DNA of 64,000 nucleotides from an uncultured Verrucomicrobiota bacterium (GTDB taxonomy: Bacteria; Verrucomicrobiota; Verrucomicrobiia; JABWAM01). Each line of letters opens with the position of its first letter. Within the stretch, counting starts at the first letter, position 1. The stretch is from assembly GCA_964475835.1 (NCBI GenBank), contig CAYYYL010000012.1:14201-78200 (forward strand), read 5' to 3'. Below, in pieces: positions 1-7,700 of the stretch. The notes beneath the pieces are model-generated. The model did not search any database, had not been told where the DNA came from, and saw only the letters and a list, made by a program, of their open reading frames with translations. The position numbers were made by a program, and so were the translations under genes.

Positions 1-456
1 TTCCAAAAGCTTGAGACCCTCGTGCTTCAGTCCTTGAAACTCGTACGGGGAGGTGCGGGGTTTGAATGCCCCCCCGCGAAGGAAGGTGGCTCCCGCCTTT
101 TTCACTGCATGGGCCGTTTCGATAATCTGGAATTCGCTCTCCACGGAACAAGGACCGGCAATCACCTGGAATTTTTTCCCGCCAAACACATGACCGTTGA
201 CGGCGAGTTGGGTGCCTTTGCGATTGGTTTCACGGCTGACCAGCTTGTAACGGCGCTGAACCGGCATCACCTGATCCACTCCCTCCATGGAGGTCAGGGT
301 TTCCAGGGTATGATGCGCCCGTTCGTCGCCAATCGCGGCGATCACCGTTCGTTCCACCCCAATGATGGGATGCGGCTTGTAACCGAGTTTGCGAATTTCG
401 CGGACAACCGCGTCGATCTGGGCTTTCGAGGCTTTGGGCTTGAGAACTACAATCAT
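1..456 (-). CDS. aroF: 3-deoxy-7-phosphoheptulonate (DAHP) synthase, class I-beta type with N-terminal regulatory domain; N-terminal part only, gene runs off the left edge
   Basis: Absent from the ORF track because it is open at the window edge. Manual minus-strand translation from ATG 456..454 gives MIVVLKPKASKAQIDAVVREIRKLGYKPHPIIGVERTVIAAIGDER...FQVIAGPCSVESEFQIIETAHAVKKAGATFLRGGAFKPRTSPYEFQGLKHEGLKLLE with no stop. GPCSVES and RGGAFKPRTSPY.FQG are hallmark DAHPS motifs. Confidence 0.85.
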   Translation of the reverse strand, partial: MIVVLKPKASKAQIDAVVREIRKLGYKPHPIIGVERTVIAAIGDERAHHTLETLTSMEGVDQVMPVQRRYKLVSRETNRKGTQLAVNGHVFGGKKFQVIAGPCSVESEFQIIETAHAVKKAGATFLRGGAFKPRTSPYEFQGLKHEGLKLLE

Positions 457-478
457 AAAAGGGGTAGGTGCAGAACGC

Positions 479-1414
479 TTATCCTTGCCTGTTTTTAAGC
501 CTTGGTTCAAGCGCTGTTTTCACGTCTTCGACCGATACCGAGTGAAGATCCGTCCCCTTCCGAATCAAGACCACATCCCTGCCCTTGGGAGCCCAAAGCA
601 AGGGGTCCGTGGGACCAAAAAGCACCACGGATGGAACTCCCACGGCCGCAGCAAGATGGCTCACCCCGGAATCGTGTCCGAGAAAGACCGTGCCCTGATC
701 CATGACGCCCGCGAGCACGGGTAAAGGTTCGTTCTCGAGACACACCACATCCGATTCCTGAATATGCCGAAAAAATTCGCGCTGGGGTTCCAGATCCGCC
801 GGACCGAGTACCATCAGGGGGCGGATTCCGCGCTCCTTCATCCATCCCACCAGCTCCACAAAACGTTCCACCGGCCAGCGTTTGGAAGCCGCTCCGCTCC
901 CGATATGAATCACCACGCGTGGCCACGATACGCCTTTCAGCCGTTCCGAACTGTTCGCACGCCATTCGGGGGGGATTTCGATTCTGGGATCCCCCACAGG
1001 CTCCTTGATTCCCAACTCCCTCAGCCAGCCGGAAAGATGCAGGATCGCGTGTTTATCCCGTGTCGGAGTTCCATCCGCCCGGATCAATCTCCTGACTCCG
1101 GCCCGTACCAGATTTCCGCTAAAAATGGAATCCGGATCGTACAACCAGCTCACCACCACTTCAAACGAGGCGAAATAGGCCGAAAGTTCAGGATCAAGAT
1201 CCCCCCGAGCGGCAAAGAATCCGGCTACGGTCCGATGTTCAATGGAACGCACCGCCTGGACAAGAGAACGATTGTTCGCCAGGGAGGCGATGTGCGTGTA
1301 TCCCATGACTTCCATCCGGGCTTCGGGAAACCGGTTCCGAACCGCCTGAAACGCCGGCAACGTGAGAATGAAATCACCCAGCGCCCCTCCGCGAATGAAA
1401 AGGATCGATTTCAA
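479..1414 (-). CDS. glycosyltransferase family 9 (heptosyltransferase-like)
   Basis: ORF 479..1528. KSILFIRGGALGDFILTLPAFQAVRNRFP and GHDSGVSHLAAAVGVPSVVLFGPTDP match GT9 signature regions. I moved the start to TTG 1414..1412, which overlaps the upstream stop (TTGA); the ATG at 1528 would overlap the upstream gene by 118 nt. Confidence 0.8.
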   Translation of the reverse strand: MKSILFIRGGALGDFILTLPAFQAVRNRFPEARMEVMGYTHIASLANNRSLVQAVRSIEHRTVAGFFAARGDLDPELSAYFASFEVVVSWLYDPDSIFSGNLVRAGVRRLIRADGTPTRDKHAILHLSGWLRELGIKEPVGDPRIEIPPEWRANSSERLKGVSWPRVVIHIGSGAASKRWPVERFVELVGWMKERGIRPLMVLGPADLEPQREFFRHIQESDVVCLENEPLPVLAGVMDQGTVFLGHDSGVSHLAAAVGVPSVVLFGPTDPLLWAPKGRDVVLIRKGTDLHSVSVEDVKTALEPRLKNRQG

Positions 1415-1980
1415 TGGGCCATCAATCCAAGGGCAATCAAGACAAATCCAAACAGAATCTTTGCCCGTGCCCCCAACAACCACCTCTCCGGGGTTTTCTT
1501 CCAGAAATCGATCGCATCCCGAAGCCAATGTGGAGCGGAAACAATGCAGATGCCCCAGACAATCCAGGTATAAGCGAGCACCACCATCACCAATTTGACC
1601 CTCTCATCGTGCAGAAAGCAGATCCAAAGAATGGGCTTGGCTACAAGGATCAGGAAGAGGCCGATGCTTCGCGCCCCAAGGTAGTGGTCCACATAGAAGA
1701 TCACAAACCCGTAGACCGTCAATCCACCCAGCCACCAATGGTGGACAAAAATCCCAAGAAAGCCTCCGAACCCGGCACCTCGTAGAAACCCGATCTCCAT
1801 CTTGTCCAGAAGGTAGATCGACCAACATGCATCCACCAGCATTAGCACACGTCCAAAACCAACACTCCGCGGAATCCGGGCGACCGTCAACCTGGACGAT
1901 TCTGGAGACGAAAGACACCACCACCCCACCCCAATGGCCACCACCCCGATCGAAACGAAAAGAAGTTGAACATCATTCAT
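1411..1980 (-). CDS. hypothetical polytopic membrane protein
   Basis: ORF 1411..2076. Several hydrophobic helices (LLFVSIGVVAIGVGWW, GGLTVYGFVIFYV, IGLFLILVAKPILWICF, LVMVVLAYTWIVWGICIV, ILFGFVLIALGLM). Start placed at MNDVQLL (1980), because the upstream extension is translated from the heptamer repeat. Confidence 0.5.
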   Translation of the reverse strand: MNDVQLLFVSIGVVAIGVGWWCLSSPESSRLTVARIPRSVGFGRVLMLVDACWSIYLLDKMEIGFLRGAGFGGFLGIFVHHWWLGGLTVYGFVIFYVDHYLGARSIGLFLILVAKPILWICFLHDERVKLVMVVLAYTWIVWGICIVSAPHWLRDAIDFWKKTPERWLLGARAKILFGFVLIALGLMAH

Positions 1981-1993
1981 GCGACCAAAGAAG

Positions 1994-2150
1994 TTGAGAG
2001 ATGAGGGTTGAGAGTTGAGAGAAGGCTTTCCGTGGCACCCTTCAAGGATAAGAGGTTCATGAACGACACCCTCCACTGAATTGTTCCCATATCAGCCATT
2101 CCAGTCGCAAAAGCATTCCATACTCTCAACTCTCAGCGCTCAACTCTCAA
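1994..2150. repeat. 28-nt inverted repeat built from four tandem heptamers (TTGAGAG-type arm 1994..2021; CTCTCAA-type arm 2123..2150), 101-nt spacer
   Basis: The reverse complement of 1994..2021 (ctctcaactctcaaccctcatctctcaa) matches 2123..2150 (ctctcaactctcagcgctcaactctcaa) at 25 of 28 positions by manual alignment. An extra partial copy lies at 2164..2169. Confidence 0.85.
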
Positions 2151-2159
2151 CTGTGTTTT

Positions 2160-2906
2160 TCAACTCTCATCACGTTTCCACTGCATCTTGGAAATAGGGG
2201 CGGTAACCTCCCCAGTGGCACGCCGGGCGAAATTTTTGGCGGTGGTGAAACGCTCGTTGTCAGCCCGGATTCGGCTTCCGAGAAACCGGTTCATCGAAAT
2301 TAAGAATCGTGAGGCCACATCTGGATTCTTCTCCACAATGCTCTCCAACCCCTTCTTGCTGAGCTTTAACAAGGTACAATCCTTGTTTGCAGTCACATCA
2401 GCGGAACGAGGCCCTTCATCCAGCAAGGCAAGCTCCCCAAAAAAATCACCCACGGAAAGCACCGCGATCATATCCTCCTTTCCGGAATTGACCACTGAGA
2501 CCCGAGCCTCCCCCTCCAGTATCAAGTACATCGAGTCCCCATGCTCCCCCTGCTTGACGATGGACGTATAAGCCCTGACCTTCACCTTTTCCACCAGTCC
2601 CAAAAACTGGTCGATGTGCGCATCCGTCATGTCCGCAAAAAGACGGATCCGACGAAGCTGGCCTGCCTTCAAACCCGCCCCCGGAGCCGAAGCGTGAAGT
2701 TTAGAGGTATCACTCAATGCAAGCAGCGACTTGATCGCTTCAACCCCCTCCGCTCGTGTCCAGGAATCCGATCCCTCATGGTACACCCATGTTTGCGGAG
2801 ATAGATGCCGGTCCGTTGCCCATTCCTGCAACAACTTCGTATCCGCCGGGCCATAGGTGTGACGGTCGTCGGCAAAAACAAAATATTTTTCAGGCGATTC
2901 AGACAC
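2160..2906 (-). CDS. GYF_2 (DUF4339)-like N-terminal domain plus cyclic-nucleotide-binding domain protein
   Basis: N-terminus YFVFADDRHTYGPADTKLLQEWATDRHLSPQTWVYHEGSDSWTRAEGV has a GYF_2-like pattern. C-terminus GDSMYLILEGEARV...GDFFGELALLDEGPRSADVTA is the canonical cNMP-binding (FGE.AL...RSA) motif. Confidence 0.8.
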   Translation of the reverse strand: MSESPEKYFVFADDRHTYGPADTKLLQEWATDRHLSPQTWVYHEGSDSWTRAEGVEAIKSLLALSDTSKLHASAPGAGLKAGQLRRIRLFADMTDAHIDQFLGLVEKVKVRAYTSIVKQGEHGDSMYLILEGEARVSVVNSGKEDMIAVLSVGDFFGELALLDEGPRSADVTANKDCTLLKLSKKGLESIVEKNPDVASRFLISMNRFLGSRIRADNERFTTAKNFARRATGEVTAPISKMQWKRDES

Positions 2907-3068
2907 CCCCCGCTTGTATCAACTGTCCGCTACAAATTCCATGAGAAAGACATGTCTGTCCCCCTCCTCTCCAACTCGACGCCGACTTCCCAAAAAATTC
3001 TAATATGGCGTATAAATGACAAAAAATGGTTAGTCACTCCTTAAGGGAACATCCTAGGGTGAGTTCTT

Positions 3069-3938
3069 ATGACGAACTCATCCCTTTCAAAGAAACTGTT
3101 CGGCCTGACCACGTACCTTTTCCTTTGCGCTGCCGCGGTGAGCTGGGGCGAGGACTGGAAAACCAACACCATTTCCCCCGTCACCAACCCCATCTTCTTT
3201 GAAAACCCTCAGATCCAGAGCGAGATACGTCCGATTTTCATGTATCACAATGTGGATAAAAGTTTTCTTACCCAGGGGGGCGACCTTCAAGTCTATGCCG
3301 CCCAACTACGATGGGCAGCCACGGATCGACTTGCCGTGATCGCTACCAAGGATGGGTACATTGATTTTAATCCAACCGCCGCCCTTCCCCACGACGAAGG
3401 ATTTGCCGATCTTGCTCTGGGACTGAAGTTCGCCACCATCGACAATAAGGAGGAGCAATTCATCCTCACCCATGGCATCAAAATTGAACTTCCCACTGGA
3501 AACAAAGGCGTTTTCCAGGGCAACGGCTCGGGAGAAGAGGATCTTTTTGTCTCAACCTCGAAGGGGTGGGGTAAATTCCACGCCATCGCCAGCGCAGGCT
3601 TCCGGGTTCCGAATGACACCGATGTGGAAACAGCCCAATTTCATACAAGCCTCCATCTGGACTATTTCCTTCACCGTTTTCTCATTCCCTTCATCTCCGT
3701 CAACTCTTTCACAATGTTGAACGATGCGAACCAACTTCCCTTGAATACCGAGGGATATGATTTGATTAATTTCGGTTCATCGAATGTTCGTGGAAGAACC
3801 CAGGCGGCCGTTGGCGGTGGTTTCCGTTCCCGTCTCTTCCCCAACATTGATCTCGGGTTTGCCTATGAAGCTGGCATCACCGATCCCAAGGGATTGTTCG
3901 ATGACCGCTTCACAGTCGATTTGATCTATCGCTTCTGA
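3069..3938 (+). CDS. putative outer-membrane beta-barrel protein (transporter/MetA-like family guess)
   Basis: Signal-like N-terminus (LFGLTTYLFLCAAAVSWG), alternating amphipathic pattern, C-terminal beta-signal ending ...FTVDLIYRF. Confidence 0.55.
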   Translation: MTNSSLSKKLFGLTTYLFLCAAAVSWGEDWKTNTISPVTNPIFFENPQIQSEIRPIFMYHNVDKSFLTQGGDLQVYAAQLRWAATDRLAVIATKDGYIDFNPTAALPHDEGFADLALGLKFATIDNKEEQFILTHGIKIELPTGNKGVFQGNGSGEEDLFVSTSKGWGKFHAIASAGFRVPNDTDVETAQFHTSLHLDYFLHRFLIPFISVNSFTMLNDANQLPLNTEGYDLINFGSSNVRGRTQAAVGGGFRSRLFPNIDLGFAYEAGITDPKGLFDDRFTVDLIYRF

Positions 3939-4030
3939 GAACCCCATCTTAGTGGGTTAAATTCTAACTTGGTTTCCTTTTGGGGGAAACCTCTTGAATA
4001 CGGCGCCGCAGCCCCTACAGTCGGCGTTTT

Positions 4031-4690
4031 ATGGGTTCATCTGTCGAAGCTTTTTATGATGAGTACTGGGGTTCGAAAGGAAATCGTTCTCCCGACACTC
4101 CGAAATTTACTTTGGCAGAGGCCCAAACTTACTGGAAAATCTGGGATTCGTTTTATCGGAATGCAAAAAAAGGTGTTTTGGTGGATCTCGGATGTGGGGA
4201 AGGCGATTTTCTCGAAACCACCAAGGAACGTTATGGTTTTGAGAAAGGCATCGGACTGGATGTCAGCTCCTTTGTGATGGCCTCCGCGCGAAAGCAACAT
4301 CCCCAGCTTGAATTTCATGTCTGCGACGCAGAATTCATTCCCCTGCCGGATCAAAGCGCGGATTTTGTCCAATCAATTTCGGTGCTCGAACACGTTCTTA
4401 ACCCCGGGAAAGTTCTTCGAGAAGTTGCTCGAATCCTGAAGCCTGGCGGCTTTTTTGCATGTTACACCACGGATTTTAACCTGCCGAAACAACTGATCAT
4501 CGCGTTGTTTTATTGGGAACGATACTTTGATCCGATGTCGCCACACATTCGGTATTTCAAACGTCAAACCCTTGTTCCCCTGCTTAACTCTGCGGGACTT
4601 CAAGAGGTGCATTATAAATGGCATCGAAGCTACTACGGACTCATGCCTCATGGAATGTGTCACGTCAGCCGTAAAGGCACCGCGGGATGA
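4031..4690 (+). CDS. class I SAM-dependent methyltransferase
   Basis: Motif I VLVDLGCGEGDF, post-I GLDVS, and ISVLEHVLNPGKVLREVARILKPGGFF, typical of the Methyltransf_11 type. Confidence 0.8.
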   Translation: MGSSVEAFYDEYWGSKGNRSPDTPKFTLAEAQTYWKIWDSFYRNAKKGVLVDLGCGEGDFLETTKERYGFEKGIGLDVSSFVMASARKQHPQLEFHVCDAEFIPLPDQSADFVQSISVLEHVLNPGKVLREVARILKPGGFFACYTTDFNLPKQLIIALFYWERYFDPMSPHIRYFKRQTLVPLLNSAGLQEVHYKWHRSYYGLMPHGMCHVSRKGTAG

Positions 4691-4755
4691 CCTTGCAACG
4701 GTTTCCTTTCTGGAGCGTTAATTCATCGCCTCCCTGAACCCCGAGGGAATCCCGG

Positions 4756-7700
4756 TCACTGCCAATAGACCGCTCCCGGTCCTCCCAGATGCCCCATGTC
4801 ATTTCGGCTCGTCCCTACTGCAGGGGGAAGGACGGCGTCATTGGAACCCGACGCTGGATTTCCTGCGTCCACGGTGGGTGAATTGGTGAGCATTCGGTAG
4901 CTTCCATCAAAAACAGGATCCTCTTCAATATTTCCTATTGCATTGAAACCTCCCTGCACGTCGCTGTATTCGACCTTCATATCGCCTGAAATTTGAGCGT
5001 CCCAGGTGGGCATAAGATAGCTGATTTTGATGCAACGACTGCCCTCGGCCGGATTGCGCTTGGAGGAGTCGCTCAAACTCATCGCCGACGTGTTTCCCAT
5101 CCAACCGGAGGGGACGTATTGGTCGTGGACATCTTTATAAATCCAAAACGGAAGAACTGGGGTAGGCGGGGTGGTCGGCAAGGGTGCCAGTCCCCCGTTA
5201 TCATAGACTATATCATCGAGATAGAAGGTCGCGCCCCCAGGGTTATCAGCCTTTGCAATGATAAAGGAAAACCCTCCGATCACGTCGCTTAAATTCATGC
5301 CCGCGAGATTGATTTCATACGACTGCCACGCCGTGCCGAGCGTCAAAACAGGCGTTTCTGCCCGGAATGTGTCGGGGAACGGGCCAGCGATCCCGCCTGC
5401 CACAAATTTCACCTTCACTCCGGCCATCGCCCCACGCGCCATGAATTTTACCTTGGCCGCTCCAGTCAGATTATAACCGGCGCGAAAGATGGTTCCCCAA
5501 TTGTCATCCGGATTTTGCCAGTAGATCCCAGCCCAGCCATTGGTGATGGACAACGCCGCTGAATAGTCCACTCGAATGCTTTGGGTGCCTGAGCCCGGCG
5601 TCGAGGTATCGACGGCGCTGAATTGCAAGGCACCCGCATCCCCCATCCATCCGGAGGGAAGATAATATCGATCGTGCGCCTCTTTATAGATCGCATGAGG
5701 CAGGGGAAGCGCCGGCACGGAATTCGTCGGGCCAGCCGCTCCACCATTGTCGATCATGATGTTGTCGACATAAAACACCCACCCGGTTGGATTGGACGCC
5801 GCGTTGTCCGCCCATGTGTACACAAACCCAAACCCCCCGCTCACACGGCTCAAATCCTTTCCCGTGAAATCGAGCTCATATTGCTTCCAGACATTGGTCA
5901 GTGTAATGAAACCAGTCGACAATTTCGGCAATGTGTCGGGATAGGCCCCAGTGATTCCCCCTGCAAAAAATTCCAGAGAAATACCCGGAGTCTCTCCTCG
6001 CGCCATGAATTTCAATTTCTTCGCACCCGTCAAATTTAATCCACCATTCGGAACGCTTCCCCAATTGTTCATGGGACCCTGCCAGTAAATTCCGGACCAG
6101 CCCCCCGGATAGTTATGGCTCACTTCATTGTTGAAATAGAAAATGGAATTCACCACCTCCGCCCCCCCGTGATCGTTATGAACCGCGGGCGCAGTCTTAT
6201 TGCCGATAAAGCTGCAATTTGCGGCGTACATCCCACCGGTAGATACACACAAGGCGCTTCCGAGAATCATCTTCCGTCCTCCAGCGATCAGATCGTTTCG
6301 AGCAAAAAGATCATTGAACAACGTCAGGATTCCTGAATCCTGATAAACCGCTCCCCCGGAAGCAAAACTCCAGTCGGGAGTGCTGGGGCCCGCGTTTACA
6401 TAACAAGCGTTATCGAGAAAAGAACAGCCACGGAACGAGTTGGTTCCTCCACCTGCCCAAATGGCTCCACCCTGGGCGTAACGACCAGTGGCTGCATAAA
6501 TCGTCAGGGCACGAGCCTGGTTGTTGCTGAAATCACATCTCGTCAATATGGAACTTCCAAAAACCCTCACCGCTCCGCCCTGGGTATCCACATAGGGCGT
6601 GAACGCAGGATCGGTCATGTTACCGCGAAATACACAGTGATCCGCAGTAAAGGTACCATTGCTTAACACCGCACTTATGGCCCCTCCCGCGGCAAAGGCG
6701 GTGTTGTTGGTGAAGGTGCAACCTGGAAGATTCAGATCTCCCTTCGACAAAACGAGGTCGATCGCCCCGCCACGATTCTCTGAACTATTGTTAAAAAAGC
6801 TGCAATGATCGATGACCGGCACATTTTCCACCAAGCGCAAGGCGCTATTGGAAGCACCCTTGAACACGCACCAATGAAACTCACTCCCTGGAATGGTGTT
6901 CTGAAATAATAGTCCCTGCCACGACACCGAATTGGTACCCGCCGCCTGGAAAACGATGGGTTGAGACTGGGTTCCCAACGCTTTGATCACGCCATTCACA
7001 CGAACAGCGGTGTTGCTCTGGAATTGGATCGTGACCCCAGGTTGGATTTCCAGGTCATTGATGAGAAGGTCGTTTGTCACAAGAACCGGTGACATCGACG
7101 CATCCCAGAACTGACCCGCGATCGTCCCCCCCACCGGCGTGGGACCGCGGGCCGGCACCGTCAATACCGCCTCAGGACTCGTAATCGAACCCACCCCATT
7201 ACTCACAATCACCCGATACGTGCTGCCACTATCGGCAAAAAACAAGGGGGGCGTGACATAGGTCGCCTGGGTCGCCCCAGGGATATTCACCCGGTTCTTC
7301 TGCCACTGGTACGACAATGGCAAATCACCCCCCGTCACAATCCTCCACGTGGCACTCCTTCCCAGGGCCACCGCCTGCGATTCAGGGGGTGACACAATCA
7401 CAGGAGCACCCCCATTCCAATCAATGGCTCCAGGACCACCAAAGTGTCCCATATCATTGCGAACCGACCCGAGTGACGGGGGAAAGAGGGTGTCATTGTA
7501 GGCGGGAGCGGGATTTCCCGCGTCAATCGTCGGCGAAGGCGCCACGGGACGATTCTGACCATCCAGTGCAGGATTTAAATGGATGTTCCCAGTCCCCGGT
7601 GCCATTCCATACACATCACTGAAATCCACCTGTACCGAACCGGAAATCTGGGGTCCGTTACTGTTGTTAAAATAAAAAATGCTGTTCTGCGCCATCGCCG

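Noticed and set aside
22-498. 158-aa plus-strand ORF at the left edge
   Set aside because: It lies antisense to a minus-strand reading frame with unmistakable DAHP synthase motifs. Its own translation has no recognisable features.
1981-2076. Longer start (ATG 2076) for the membrane protein at 1411..1980
   Set aside because: The extra 32 codons are translated from the heptamer inverted-repeat arm (SLNSQPSSLNFF) and precede the first hydrophobic segment, so the ATG at 1980 is preferred.
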